From NCBI GenBank assembly GCA_030141605.1, contig JAQGDQ010000599.1:53432-117431 (forward strand): a DNA stretch of 64,000 nucleotides, in the 5' to 3' direction. Origin of the DNA: Tubiluchus corallicola. Taxonomy: Eukaryota > Animalia > Priapulida. Below, in pieces: positions 1-13,617 of the stretch. Under the pieces are notes generated by a model. The model saw only the letters and a program-made list of their open reading frames with translations. It did not search any database and was not told the origin of the DNA. Position 1 is the stretch's first letter; the number at the start of each line of letters is the position of its first letter. The position numbers and the translations under genes were made by a program.

Positions 1-1005
1 ACACGACTGCATGATGTGCATTTTATTTTGTGTTGAGGGCTCTTACTATTTGCATAAAAATATCTTTTTGAGGCAAAGGGCATTAAAGATTTTCGGGAGA
101 GCGCACCTAATTCTAAACTATGCGTGAAAGCTTTCTTACTACTGCTACTTTTCAATGAAAACAGTCAAAACTACAGAAATTAAAACTGCTGAACTACTTT
201 TAAAACAGAATTTGCACTCTGGCATTATTTTCTTTACAAACAGTGCGTAAGTCTTCTTTATTCTTTTGTCATGTAATAACATTATAGTTATGCAAATGTT
301 TGTAATATTGACTAGAAGTCCACACATCCTACTGTGTATGGAAAGAAATCGTATATATTAATTTCGCTGGTATATATATATATATATATATGTAAGATTC
401 AAGGCTACAGCTCGGATGACGGCACCATTTGCGGCGATCTATACATCAAACGAAAGGTCTCGATTTAGTGTCGTGCCATTGGGGGTTTATTTTTTGAATC
501 ATGCCCACCAGGAGGAACGGGGGGGGGCAGAAAACCTCCAAAAATGGCCATTTTTCTGCCGTTTTTTTGCAAAACTTATAACCCTTATTTCTGAAGAACA
601 ACAATGGGCCATGGGTAGTGCTAGCTTTGGATAGATAGTCCGTTCAGCGGTGTCCTGTAACGGACGTTTTCCCGGACCCAACTCTCGATTTTTTTCGAAA
701 TTTTGGTCAGACAGCCTGCAGAAAAATGTTCTAGCGACGCCTGGTGGGACTCTCGGAAGGAGTCCGGTTCTTTAGAAAGAGCAAGAACAGGGCTACACGA
801 TGACGTGGGCTGCATGTTGGGATGCTTCCTTCTTGAGGAGCTGTGATGAGTTGATTGGAGGTTCTATTTCGCACGATTTTCGCTTGGAAAACTGCTGACG
901 CAAAGCCATTGTTCTGAATATATAATACTAATGCTAGTAGATTTTGTTTTTAATTGTATTAATTATTAAAGAAAAGAATATTTAGTTGTATTCTCTGTTT
1001 TGTAG

Positions 1006-1290
1006 GATGGCTTCACTCCTTTAGCTGTAGCACTCCAACAAGGTCATGATCGTGTCGTAACAGTTTTATTAGAGAATGACACACGAGGCAAGGTCAAGCT
1101 GCCTGCACTGCATATTGCCGCGAAGAAGGATGACTGCAAGGCGGCAGCACTACTGCTCCAGAACGAACACAATCCGGATGTGACGTCAAAGTCTGGCTTC
1201 ACGCCGCTTCACATTGCAGCACACTATGGCAACAACAACATTGCCACGTTGCTGGTTTCCCGAGGAGCGAACATCAACTTTAACGCTAGG
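1006..1290 (+). CDS. Ank2: Ankyrin exon, ANK repeats ~5-7 (absent from ORF track)
   Basis: tgtag|GAT...AGG|gtgag; 285 nt, phase 0-0; [43 protein letters not shown]...GANINFNAR. Confidence 0.95.
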
Positions 1291-1529
1291 GTGAGCTGAT
1301 GTAGAACGATTTATTTACTAAATTTTTCAAGACTTTGTGTCTCTCCATTTGTAAATTCCCACATAATGAGTGTCTGTTAACAGCTGTTGACTTCAGCATA
1401 CAAGTGATAATTAAATTAACTTACTGATTTCTTTTGTAAAAAAATTTTCTGTAGTTATTTTGTAGGTGCAGACGGTAACACTATGAAATTTTTGCATTAT
1501 ATTTGTTACTGTAGCAGCCTTTCATACTA

Positions 1530-2117
1530 CAGTAAACTTCGTATAACTCGGACTGGTATAACTCAAATTCTTGAGTATCTCGAAGAGATCGTGCTGAATG
1601 GATTTTCCTTTTCACTTTTCCCTTTAACAAACATCGCGTAACTCGAACCGAATTCCTGGTACAATTCTTAAGAAATTAGCTCGTCTACCTCGAACAGCCT
1701 TCCAAGCGAGAAGTCATACATGAAAGTGTGCACCACATTTTAGCTGCTAGTTTCAGTAAAGATGCTAAGATTTCTTGTATTACCTTAGCAGAATACTACA
1801 CACAACATGGCTTAACAAACTTGGTTTGATAACTAGATCACAATATTATTATTGCCAAATTCTATTAATCACGCTACTCAGACTACAATAGAGGTGGACC
1901 AGTCATTTTATGTTTGATTATTCATAGAAACTGTTGTATGTTATTTGATTAAAGGCTGTTTTTGTCATTTTCACAGGGTGTAGTGTTATTAGTGTATTGT
2001 CCAACATTGATAAGTGACTCAATCTTGTTTTTTTACGAACATCGTCTAACTCATACTTTTGCATAACTCGAACAAATTTTTCGGACTCGAGTTGTTGGAG
2101 TTTTACCTAGTTTATCG
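1530..2117. mobile_element. Degenerate Tc1/mariner-pogo-like MITE
   Basis: ta|cagtaaac...gtttatcg|ta ends; recurring (ta)taactcg subterminal motif. Confidence 0.5.
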
Positions 2118-2648
2118 TATATCATTATATTATTGTAACAAGTAATTGAATACTTGGAAGCTCATTCATTTTGATTAATTGAGAAAAGTTCTTAATGCCT
2201 GAGTCAATAAAAACAAACGTGAAACAAGAGGGAAAAAAGAAATAAAAGTGAATAAAATTCGGACAGGAATCGGCGAAGTGTTCGACAGTCCATTATTTCT
2301 GTCTGCTGTTAGCTCTGATTTCTTGCATGCAGAGTTAGCGATTTAGTCATCCAGAGTACACAGTTGTCAGAAGATTTTCTAGCGATTTAGTTATCCAGAG
2401 TGCACAATTGTCAGAAGGTTTTGTTATACATTTATTTGGTGATGGCTATTCATGCAGCGTACATAGCACAATTTTTTAAATGGTTTCAAAGTGACTTAGT
2501 TTAGATTTTGTCATTATTTGATATTTGCATAAAATTCTGTAGTTCGGGTTTTATAAAGCGCTTCATTAAGTTAAATTAAATTAAACAGATCGATGTATTT
2601 ATTAAACAATGCATTTTGTTAAACTAAATTGTTAAGAATTTTGGTTAA

Positions 2649-3244
2649 CCTTTATAGGGTCACCGGGTAACCGGTTTTTTGCATTTTACCCTTTTACCAT
2701 ACGCATCCCAGTAATCCTTATTTATGACTTTTTCTAAATATGTTTTGTGCACAAAATACTTTCAGGTATTTATTTTAGGCGCATAGTCTCACCATGAAAT
2801 AAAAGTGAAAATGCTATATGTTGATTTTTTAAAATTGTCAAAATTTTACTTCGCTTGTCTATACGTTATATCGGCGTGGTTGTTTTGTGGCCATGTCAGT
2901 TACTCAAATTACTCCACCTAAAAGAAGAAAGTAGTAGACAAAAAATTCAAAATAACAACGATTTTTGCACACGCGCTGGCAAAGTCTGTTGTCTACAGAT
3001 ATTCCAGCATAGATAAGGGAACGTAACTAAGTGAATTTAAATTTCGTATTTCTAGTAAGTCACATGTCTTTAAGCAGAGGTATAATGTATCCTATGGTGT
3101 TCAGCATAACCACAAATTATGCTGTTGCTGTTTACTAATGAAACACGGCAGTTTATCAAAAGTAATTTACGAATTATGGTGGGGTTAATTTTTTACCCCC
3201 CCCGGTTACCAAAATCGGTTGTAAAAAATCGTGACCCTATAAGG
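2649..3244. mobile_element. Non-autonomous TIR element, piggyBac-like
   Basis: ttaa|cctttatagggtcac...gtgaccctataagg inverted ends, plus inner inverted ccgggtaacc/ggttacc; right TTAA missing. Confidence 0.45.
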
Positions 3245-3523
3245 TGACCCTAAAATATGAATATGTGACATTTTATAAAGGACGTAATCAAAATAATTTT
3301 AGAATTGAGTTTCATCACGCAAACTTGGTAGGTTATATTGATAACTTTAATTGAAAGGGTGGCTGATTTGCTAACCTCTAGGGTTTTTTCACCACCCTTT
3401 CTCTGATACTAACAATTTATTTTGCTATGTAATTGTTTTTTGCGTGTATTACAAGAGATAAATAAAATTATCTATCTATCTAGGTTAAATTTGAACCGTC
3501 AGTTTGTATTTTTTTATTCATAG

Positions 3524-3622
3524 CATCATATTACTCCGATTCATGTGGCAGCAAAGTGGGGACGTGTGAATATGGTTACTTTACTGTTGGACCGAGGAGC
3601 ACAAATTGACTGTGTTACTAGA
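3524..3622 (+). CDS. Ank2: Ankyrin exon, one ANK repeat (~8)
   Basis: catag|CAT...AGA|gtaag; 99 nt; [33 protein letters not shown]. Confidence 0.95.
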
Positions 3623-4514
3623 GTAAGTGAATCATTTTAATACGTGAACCATCTCTAATGTGCATCTAATGTAATGAGAAGAATATTGAGAGAGTTTGAC
3701 GATTGGATATATATTCATTTAGCATTCCAAAACTGATCTAGATAATGATTCAGTCTTTTGAGCCTGGTGTTTGATTGAGTAATCCTTGGTCTGAACTGCC
3801 TTGAAGTTTTCTGCAATTTTTGGCCAGATATGAGGCTCTAGAGTGAATTGTAAAAATAATTTCTGATTTTTCTTATTCAAACCGATGACACGATTTTCTG
3901 GAAACGTGTGACACTAAAGAAAGCAACCGAGTGTTTTCATGCCATTACATTTTCGCACAAATTCAATTTTCCATCTTGTTTTTTTCTGTAAGTTTTAGCT
4001 GGCAGTGCTTTCAAGTTATTAAAGACATCCGCTATAATCGATAATGACATCTGTTTAGAATGGAGAAAATTCTGCCGTGTTCATTAAATTAAATTTAAGT
4101 AACAAAACACATTAGAAATTGAAAACGGAAATGCCAGGTGAAACCATATCCATCGTTACCGAAGCCGTTGTTGTGCCACAAGCCGTTCATTGTTAAACAT
4201 TATCTGGTATAAGTAGTAGGAAGCCATGTTTGATTTGCGATTAGGTTGTAGTTTTAACACCAGGTAAAAATTTGTTCATGAGTAGGGCCTTGTCAAACTT
4301 TCTACTGAGTAAGTTACTGCTGCTCCATTACTGAATTGTTATAGTGACTTTAATTTTGTTGCACCGCTTAGGAACTGATCGTCGAGAACAGCATTTTTTT
4401 ATTTTGCCTGTCGTGTCACTGCATTAAAAATGTTTAATCAATATAAAAATGTTTACATAAGCACAAGTTTAATTGTGCTTGTGCGTGTCTCAACAAACCT
4501 GCTGCACATTTTAG

Positions 4515-4712
4515 GATGGCCTCACTCCACTTCACTGTGCAGCTAGGAGCGGTCATTACCAAGTCGTGGATGTGTTGCTAGAGAGGGGTTCACCGATCTC
4601 TGCGCAGACGAAGAACGGTCTCGCTCCTCTACACATGACAGCTCAGGGTGACCATGTGGAAGCTGCTAGAGTCCTGCTTCACCACAGAGCTCCTGTAGAT
4701 GATCTCACTGTT
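4515..4712 (+). CDS. Ank2: Ankyrin exon, two ANK repeats (~9-10)
   Basis: ttag|GAT...GTT|gtgag; 198 nt; [14 protein letters not shown]...RAPVDDLTV. Confidence 0.95.
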
Positions 4713-4954
4713 GTGAGTATTGGATATCGTTACTATAGAAAAACATTTTGACCCGTATGCCTCCCGGAGGGTGACCTTCATTTAGTTCTGCTTTGTGATA
4801 ATTATTCTCGTGTTGAGCTTTTAGTAAAAGTAAAAAGCAAAACCAAGTACGGCTTACTGAAAAGGTTCACTTGATCGGCTCACACTGGTCACTGTCACGG
4901 TCACTGTTATACTTAATATAAGTTAATATTTGTATTTTTGTTGTTGTTTTTGTA

Positions 4955-5330
4955 GTGTGTGTTTGTGTGTGTGTGTGTGCATGCGCATGCATGCGTGAGG
5001 GTGTGTGTGCGTGTGCGTGCATGCGTGCTTGCGTGAGGGTGTGTGTGCACGCGTGCGTGCGTGAGGGTGCGTGCGCATGTGTGTGTGAGGGTGTGTATGC
5101 ATGTGCATGTGGGGCTAGATGTGCGTGTGATTGTGTGTGTGTGTGTGTGTGTGCATGCGTGTGTGTACGTGTGTGTGCATGCATGTGTGAGTGAGCGTAC
5201 GTGTGTGTGTGTGTGTGCGCATGTGTGTGAGTGAGAGCGTGTATGGGTGTGTGAGGGTGTGTGCGTGTGTGTGTGTGTGTGCATGTGCGTGTGTGTGTGT
5301 GTGTGTATGTGTGTGTGTGTGTGTGTGTGT
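4955..5330. repeat. (TG)n/(TGCG)n compound microsatellite
   Basis: Direct inspection. Confidence 0.95.
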
Positions 5331-6233
5331 ATTAAATACTGTTAATTTAGCACCATTTTCTCACTTCAAAGCTTCCATTGCAGTCTTGCTATAACAAGTC
5401 AAGGATCTTTAATATGTTTCTGTTTGTTTGCCGAGTGGTTGTACATTTTTTTGCAAGTTTTCATGCTGGTATTTTTCTCAGTAGATAAACAATTTTCTGT
5501 TATCTTTATTGTGTGTATTTCTCCAGTATGAAAATTTCAACTGTACAAGTCAGCAAGTGGAATTTTCTGAAATTCAGTTGGCATTCTGCAAAATGTTAAA
5601 ATTCATGCTCAGAACGTAGGAAAACATTTATCTTAGTGAAATGTCGCCCGCTGCTGTTAGAACTATTGATCAATTTTAGCTTGTGTCCAAACTAATTGAA
5701 TTTTTCACTGCAGTCGAAGGTTTTATTACTGCTTGAAGGGTATTTTGGTGATTCTAGTGCAAGTCATGTGCCATACGCGTGTTATCCACACTAACTTGGC
5801 TATTGTTAATGCAATCATCTGAAGTGTTATTTCATAGATGCTACATTTACTCATAGCACATAGGTTGTGCCACTCCACTAACTCTTCATTCACGTGTACC
5901 ACATGCAGTGCCATTTCACTGATGCTTCACTCACTGCTGCCCGATCAGCACTGTGAAACTGAAACAGTAATTTATCAAATACGACCTTACATGGCATCCC
6001 AGACTTCCATTATTTTTGCTAGTACATATACCACTGGCAGTAAAATTACTCTTGAGAATTGTATAAAATAGTTGAAAGCTTTTGCAAATAAATTCCACTC
6101 AAGATGGCAATATTTACATGAGCTTGAAAAACGGTGCCTTTTTGTCACATTCGCATGGGCGTCAAATAGAAGGCGGTGCTGTGATAACCATGATTATGGA
6201 CTGCAGTGTTAGTTTCTGACGTCATATGATGCA

Positions 6234-6434
6234 GAGCCCATTTTTCGTGACATTTGCGTTTAAACAATACTATAACACTTATATGCAAATGTGCCTTGAC
6301 GAGCAAGGGAAGACGTCTGCCATTATACAAACTGTGGTTAGTTTCTGACATAACCAATAGCTGTGTTCGGTTGCCCTTAATTAACTTTCTAAGCTAATTA
6401 TTCAAATATAAGAAACAATTGCTAACTTTTATAG
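6234..6434 (+). repeat. Dispersed repeat fragment homologous to 28861-29059
   Basis: Shared ~200 nt including aatagctgtgttcggtt and tttctaagctaattattcaaatataag. Confidence 0.8.
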
Positions 6435-6580
6435 CACCTCATGTTGCTATGAGCACAACAGTTTATTTACATCTTCATTTCTAGTAATTTGAATTTACGG
6501 TAACTCTGATAAAAGCAATCTTACACTTGTCTAGCAGGTTTTTTTTGGTCACTAATAAATTTATATATTCTGGTTACTAG

Positions 6581-6778
6581 GACTATTTGACAGCTCTGCA
6601 TGTGGCTGCACACTATGGACACGTGAAAGTTGCCAAGCTTCTACTCGAGTATAAGTGTGAAGTCAACGCTCGCGCTCTGAACGGTTTCACTCCACTTCAT
6701 ATTGCTTGTAAGAAGAATCGCATTAAAATTGTCGAACTCTTGCTGAAGTACGGCGCGTCCATCGAGGCCAAGACCGAG
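6581..6778 (+). CDS. Ank2: Ankyrin exon, two ANK repeats (~11-12)
   Basis: ctag|GAC...GAG|gtatg; 198 nt; [14 protein letters not shown]...[16 protein letters not shown]...EAKTE. Confidence 0.95.
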
Positions 6779-7424
6779 GTATGGCTTTGGCATTTTCAGA
6801 GTTTTAAAACTGGTATTTTTTACAGTTTGTGGTGTATGTGTGTTCACGTGTAAGCCACAACTTTAGTTCTGACAGTAGAGTGAGAGAATGAACTTTTGAA
6901 AATATTAGGATTGTGCTTTTGAGGATTGTATTTATCTGTTTTCTATAATTCTGTTAATTTCATATCAGTATTGTGATGAATCTTAGTGCAAAAATTTCAT
7001 ACAAACAGCAGGACAGCAGGTCTGGTTTACTTGTTTTAAGTTTAGGCCTATTATACTTGTTTTTACTTGAAAAATTCAATTGAATATAGTTTTGTACTAG
7101 TGCTAATTAGAAAAGTCAATTTCATCCTCGAAAACCAAAGAGTTCTAAAAATAATATATTTATTTGCATTTTAAATGGATTTCTTGTTGAACTTCGTATA
7201 ATGTTTGGTTGAAGTAACTTGATTCACAGTGAATTTTATTGCCTGTGGCTTTTATGATAATAACTTTACTCTCTTAGGTAATTTAAGTAAATTATACTAA
7301 CGAATCTCTGTAGTATGCTAGGCTGGCTTGCATACTACATGTGGCTGGATTATGTTTACTGCTACCAACAAATTTCCGTAATGAAGCGTTTCATAAAATT
7401 AACTTTGGTAACCTCTATTTCTAG

Positions 7425-7622
7425 TCGGGTTTGACGCCGCTACACGTAGCTTCATTTATGGGATGTATGAACATTGTCTTATACCTGATCCAGAAAGGCA
7501 GCTCTCCTGATACGCCCACGATGCGAGGAGAAACGGCTCTTCATCTGGCCGCAAGGGCAAACCAGACTGATATCATCCGCATATTACTTAGGAACGGTGC
7601 TAACGTAGACGCTCGTGCTAGA
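7425..7622 (+). CDS. Ank2: Ankyrin exon, two ANK repeats (~13-14)
   Basis: ctag|TCG...AGA|gtacg; 198 nt; [18 protein letters not shown]...[23 protein letters not shown]. Confidence 0.95.
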
Positions 7623-8460
7623 GTACGTATTATTTATACGTTAGTTAGGAAGAACATATGTTGTTTAGAATGGTTTAATTGCACTTTTCAATTACATTTC
7701 ATGCCATGTCGAAAAAATGCATCTTAGATGGTTTACATAATTCTATAGTTATACAATGACAGAACTATTAAAATTACTTACAATAAAAGTGTTGGAAAAT
7801 TATTCTTACTTCCGTATGTTTGCAGTGTTAGACATATTTGTTTAAACTGTGACATCCTTACTTTGATGTCGTAGTTAAATGCTCACCTTAATCTCTCTTT
7901 GTTGCGAGTTTCTATATGAAAAATATTTTGGACTTGTACTCCATTTTCAGTCTGAAATATTTAAACAAATTCGAACTGGATACGGGACATCCGTTTAGCT
8001 AGGAGTAAATGAGAACGGGTTAAAAGGAAAATGATGTACATCTATTGGATTAATTGTTTTGTAATTGTAATTGTAGTTAGCCAGAATTTTTTTTTGTATT
8101 ATTTTTTTAATGATCGTAGTTCTACTTGTTCTTTGTAATTATTATTGTGAATGTACTTGGTAATTGTGTAACTGTGTTTTTTTGTGTAATTTATCACTTG
8201 GGCTTCAAAATTAAGAATCTAAACTAATCTAATTTAATGTGTAATGTGTAATCAGTTATTTGATTACGATTTCGATTTATTTATTCATCCATTTAGCACA
8301 ATACGACAAAATACAAGTTATACGATTAAAAATTGACAGTGCTATAAGCACAGCAGAAGAAATTAACTTATGAGTTATGCTCAACATGAGTAAGACTTAA
8401 TTAATGATATAAACAACAATTAAAAAATACGTTAAGTGGAGCGAAGCAAGCAGATGCGAG

Positions 8461-8550
8461 AAAATGATAATGATGATGTTGATGATAATGATGACAATGA
8501 TGGTGATATTAATGCTGATGATGATGGTGACGGTGATGAAAATGATAATG
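8461..8550. repeat. Degenerate (GAT)n microsatellite
   Basis: Direct inspection. Confidence 0.85.
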
Positions 8551-8597
8551 AATTGATGCTAATGGCAATAATGTGCATAATTATGTTATTTTTACAG

Positions 8598-8795
8598 GAA
8601 AACCAGACCCCGCTACACATTGCTGCTCGCCTAGGTAATTCTGATATTGTGATGCTACTACTACAGCACGGTGCTTCAGTCGACTCGGCTACTAATGACC
8701 AGTATACAGCATTACACATTGCTGCTAAAGAGGGACAAGAAGACGTGGCAGCCATATTGTTAGATCACGGAGCCAACATTGCTCTGCAAACAAAG
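8598..8795 (+). CDS. Ank2: Ankyrin exon, two ANK repeats (~15-16)
   Basis: acag|GAA...AAG|gtaat; 198 nt; [14 protein letters not shown]...[12 protein letters not shown]...LQTK. Confidence 0.95.
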
Positions 8796-8912
8796 GTAAT
8801 TGGGGTTATAGTGATCGAAAGAGCAGTCGTATGAGTTTTTGTGTTCCTTTATTATCTGTGTGTTTTGGACAGTTCAATGTATATCTGTTAATGAAGCAAT
8901 CAAACTGATGTA

Positions 8913-9317
8913 TAGTGTTCCCTCGCTACTTCGCGGTGCGTTTATCGCGGACTCGCTGTTTCGCGGGTTTACAAAAATATCAATGTAAAATATTTATCTC
9001 GGTATTTTTGCTGTTTCGCGGGATTTTGCGGTACTCCCTCTAAAATATTTTTGCTCATGCGTAGTATGTATTGTACGGTAATGTATAGATTTGATGAATT
9101 TTGCATAAAAAATTACAAAATGTATAAAAATTTGTTAAAAATATTAATTCTAACATTAAAACAATTTATAAAATCATAAAAAATTATAATTTGCAGTAAA
9201 TAGTGTATTTATTCAGCGGATGAATGCACACAAAAAACGAAATGTAGTACTGGCGCCTGCTTGAGATGCTACTTCTGGGCGTGGAACAGACCACCCGTGA
9301 TAAGTGAGGGAACACTG
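8913..9317. mobile_element. Tigger/pogo-like MITE
   Basis: ta|tagtgttccctcgcta...taagtgagggaacactg|ta; TA flanks. Confidence 0.75.
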
Positions 9318-9786
9318 TATGTTGAAGATTGTTGGCAAGAATTTAAGGTCACCTCTACGCCTGCCAGACTTGATGGTTAATTTTCTTTTTATATTATACT
9401 GGTCGCAATATGAGAATGGAATTAAGCGCTAACTGATGTGATTGCAGTCAAATTGACAAGCAGTTGTCTGCATTCACTTCTACATTACTTTAACGATATT
9501 GTGCTAGAAATGTAGATTTATAAATTATTATCAATTTTTTTGTAATTTTGTACTTTCTGTTAACTATTATTATCATAGGTACGTAAAGTTTAGTACTAAT
9601 ATTTACACTTACATTATTATACTGTACGATATGCTGCACGATGTCGTCCCCTTTGTACGGGGAACTACTTTGGGTAATTTAAATTATTGTACTTTGTTGT
9701 AAATTTTTGTTACTAGTCGAGCTACAATTACCCATAAATAATAAATTGTTATTATTTCGGTACAAATCTGTAATCTCATTTTGTAG

Positions 9787-9984
9787 AAGGGATTCACACC
9801 GCTCCATCTAGCCGCCAAACACGGAAACATGAAAGTAGCACGGCTGCTTCTGCAGAGACAAGCTCCGATAGATGCACAGGGCAAAAATGGCGTCACCCCT
9901 CTTCACGTTGCTGCTCATTATGATCACGTTAATGTTGCACTGTTGTTACTGGAATCCGGGGCGTCCCCACACGCTACTGCAAAG
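9787..9984 (+). CDS. Ank2: Ankyrin exon, two ANK repeats (~17-18)
   Basis: gtag|AAG...AAG|gtttg; 198 nt; [13 protein letters not shown]...GASPHATAK. Confidence 0.95.
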
Positions 9985-10508
9985 GTTTGGATACGCCTTG
10001 TTTTTTTACTATGAAAAGTTTCGAAAGCATTAATAGTTCACTTACTATAACATATTGACACACTAGGAACATCAAGTGTTGTTGTTTCTTTTATGACTTA
10101 TTATCTAAATTGAGTAAAATCGATGATTTCAGTGGTTTAGTAGCTGTAAGAAAATGAATAGCAGAAAACTTGGGTGATATCGCTGTACCTTATAGAAGTA
10201 AATACAGCAGTATATTCAAATTTGTAAATCAAATGTGTGAAAGCGTGATTGTGTCGCGTCATCAGTTTAATTTTCCTCCAGTAAAAATTCATGCTGTACA
10301 TTGAAGCTTACAAATTTCGCCTTTAATATTTATTTAGTGTTTTTCTGCCTGTAGTAACTTTTCTCAGTTACTAGGATTGGAGGCTGTTGAAGCCAGGGTT
10401 CAGTTATTAAGCATGACGTACAGTCGAGTTTCTTGAACCTCCTTGAATGCTTTTACTTTATGTTGAATCGTAATGATCCTAGTCAATACTTTGCTAATTT
10501 TTTTTCAG

Positions 10509-10706
10509 AATGGCTACACACCCCTGCATATTGCAGCCAAGAAGAACCAAATGGACATCGCAACTTCCATGCTGGAATATGGAGCGAACCCTAACGCAGA
10601 ATCTAAAGCCGGGTTCACACCGCTTCATTTAGCCTCTCAGGAAGGAAATGTCGATCTGGCTTCCTTACTCATTGAAAGCGGCGCCCTCGTAAATTCACAA
10701 GCAAAG
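10509..10706 (+). CDS. Ank2: Ankyrin exon, two ANK repeats (~19-20)
   Basis: ttcag|AAT...AAG|gtaat; 198 nt; NGYTPLHIAAKKNQMDIA...NSQAK. Confidence 0.95.
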
Positions 10707-10989
10707 GTAATTTTTGTTTTGTTTTACTATTGAACATGACAGAGGAGCGTATTTCAGTAATTGTAGGTAGTTGTTGCGCTGACATGATTGCAGTTTCATT
10801 CGTATTTGCACCTGACTTCCCTTCTTTGAATATAAGACAACTTAACTGAAATAGAGTCAGTTCAGAGAAAACTCCAGCATTTTAAAATTATAACGCCTTC
10901 TTTTTTAACTTTTACCAGCATTAATTAATAAGATATGGCAGGTTTAAAAACATTTTGTAAAATTAACCGCAGAATGTTCTCTCCTTTAA

Positions 10990-11289
10990 CAGGGATGAGA
11001 ATTTTCCGCAGATACGCAGAATTCCGAGTTTTTGGAAGACCAGTAGTGCCATGATTTGAGTCAATTGCAGACAGTTTTTATATAGTTTAGTTTTGCATAG
11101 GAGTGGCCCGTATTTAAACGTTTTTGAGACAATTATGTATCATGTATCCTTGATGGTTAGGTATTTTGAATTATGCACGAGACAAGGTAACTGATATTTT
11201 AAGTCCACTTAGAGGCTCTCTGTGGCACACGCAGCCCGAAGCCGCTGGCCTGTTTCAGAGTTTTTTGCAATTTGTCATTCTCATCCCTG
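10990..11289 (+). mobile_element. hAT-like MITE family A, internally deleted copy
   Basis: 13-bp TIR cagggatgagaat...attctcatccctg; 6-bp direct repeat ctttaa on both sides; extra right end at ~11625-11659. Confidence 0.8.
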
Positions 11290-12491
11290 CTTTAAAATTA
11301 CTTATACCATGACTAAGGCAATCACTCATGTATATTTAATGATAATACGAGAGCTGTTCTTTTATAGCTATTTAACTGCAGGGTGTGATTTTGATTAGCA
11401 GTTGAATGTAAACGACCTGGTAATGTGTGATAGAACAGCCATTTAAATCCTGTCCTTGTTTTGCAAGATTATGGCGTGCATTTATTTGCTTGTGCGTCTA
11501 ATTAGTGCGTAATAAGTTATCGATCCTTTCAACGACGTTCTCGCTTTGACGTGATCACAGTAAATTAATAAGAAATTAAAATGAAAATTAGTAAGCCTGT
11601 CCTATGTGTACGGTCTTCATCCATTTAGAGTTTTTTGCAATTTTTCATTCTCATCCCTGATTTAGCCTATAATTATTGACTTAATCATATCGATTAAGTG
11701 TGTTTTCTCTGGAGTGACACCATGATTACTCATTCATTTGTTATGCCAGCCATACTGATTTGATGTTGTTATTCAGCATTGTAATGTCTAATGGGAATGT
11801 ACCCACTTGTTCTGACTCTACTTGATGCAGGCCTTTTAGTGGTAGTGATAGCAATAGTCATAGTCATATGATGTTTACTGTTTGGTCTCACAAGTGTAAG
11901 CTTGTTGGTGATGATGATGACAACGATAATGAGGACGATGACAACTCATATCGATATTGTAGCAAATATGATCAAATACGACATAGGCACACTTTATTAA
12001 CACTTAGAAGCTGTACGTTATAAATCTGGCACAAAAATATCTATTTTTCAAGTGTATGTATATTTTTTTGTAACTGCGCTAAACACACAAACTTTATACC
12101 ATTTTGTAGATGTTTTCAAGCCGTACAAATCTCACTGTAGTTTTGTTTATAATGATAATTTCTAGCTGTGCATCTAGTATCTGTGTAGCACTAGCCTAAA
12201 TTATTAGCAAAAATTCAAACTTATGAAAACTGGTTCATATTTAAACACAACACACAGCACCAAACTTTCAACTTTCAGCTAACTTCTCTGCTGTATCATG
12301 ACAACTAATACAGTAACTATTTAAAAAAATAAAAGACGGAGTATGCAATACATGGAATTTTGCTATCGGCTGTGCTTTTCTAGGGTAGATGAGAGATGAC
12401 CTATTTGAGGAATTTTGCAGAAAGTTACGCAACACTTTTTATTCATTTTCTTGCAAGGAAATACTTTGGCTTTACTTGTTTGTTTGTTAGG

Positions 12492-12638
12492 ACAGCATAT
12501 GCTGTCTGATAAGTGTTAAAACAAAACATTAAAGACATCATATGCTGTCTGATAAGTGTTAAAACAAAACAATAAAGACAGCATTGCTGTTTGATAAGTG
12601 TTAAAACAAAACAATAAAGACAGCATTGCTGTTTGATA
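12492..12638. repeat. ~46-48-bp minisatellite, ~3 copies
   Basis: tgataagtgttaaaacaaaaca recurs three times. Confidence 0.85.
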
Positions 12639-12800
12639 GCTTTTAAGTCTTAATCTCTATGCAAAATTTGTACTTTTATAGTGACACAGTGATAAATTGA
12701 TACTAATGACAATGACTTTGATGCTGGATTTGATGTTAATAACTAGTATGCTGATGACTTGCATACTGATTGTGGATTAACTCTTGTGTTTGTAATACAG

Positions 12801-12998
12801 AATGGATTGACACCGCTCCACCTCTGTGCACAGGAAGATCACGTACCAGTGGCAGCAGTGCTGGTGAAAAATGGTGCTGTCATCGATCCACAAACCAATG
12901 CTGGCTACACTCCATTGCACGTAGCCTGCCACTTTGGACAGCTTAACATGGTGCGATTTTTATTGCAACACGGTGCTTCTGTGGATTCCAAAACAGAG
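12801..12998 (+). CDS. Ank2: Ankyrin exon, two ANK repeats (~21-22)
   Basis: acag|AAT...GAG|gtatg; 198 nt; [13 protein letters not shown]...[21 protein letters not shown]...SKTE. Confidence 0.95.
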
Positions 12999-13094
12999 GT
13001 ATGTTACTTCAAATTCTGTTTTTCCTTTCTCCTTCTTTTTTCTTTCTTATTGACTCTTTTTGACTCTCTAATTTTTTTACTGTCTTTGTTGGTT

Positions 13095-13096
13095 TT

Positions 13097-13144
<48 letters not shown>

Positions 13145-13432
13145 CTCTGTTCCACCCTTCCTCTCTCCTCTCTTTCCCTCCCTACCTCCCTCCCCCCTTC
13201 TCTCTCTCTCTCTCTCTCTTCCTCTCCCTCTCCCTCTCCCTCTTTCTCTCTCCCCCTCTCTCCCTCTTTCTGTCTCTCGCTTTCTTTCTCCCTTCCTCCC
13301 TCTTTCTCCCTCTCTCTCTCTCTCTCTTTCTCTGTCTCTCTCTTTCTCTCTCTCTCGCTCTCTCTCTTGCTCTCTCTCTCTCTCTCTTTCTCTGTCTTTC
13401 TCTTTCTCTCTCCCTCCCTCTCCCTCTCCTTC
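13095..13432. repeat. (CT)n polypyrimidine microsatellite
   Basis: Direct inspection. Confidence 0.95.
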
Positions 13433-13518
13433 TACATCTGTGGTGTTCTGAGTATTGTCAGTGCATCTGCCAAGTAAGAACTTTCAGAAGATTTTATGAT
13501 GAAAATACTTCTTTTCAG

Positions 13519-13617
13519 ATGGGTTACACACCTCTGCACCAGGCGGCACAGCAAGGTCACACTCTCATCATCGACCTCCTGCTCAAACATAAAGCTTCTC
13601 CAAACGAACTCACTGAT
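13519..13617 (+). CDS. Ank2: Ankyrin exon, one ANK repeat (~23)
   Basis: ttcag|ATG...GAT|gtacg; 99 nt; [33 protein letters not shown]. Confidence 0.95.

Noticed and set aside
400-910. GC-richer segment with short ORFs
   Set aside because: No recognisable protein or termini; probably a decayed repeat, unclassifiable here.
4867-5394. His/Thr- and Cys/Val-rich ORFs (also 24889-25477, 32629-33044, tail of 12759-13451)
   Set aside because: Translations of microsatellites.
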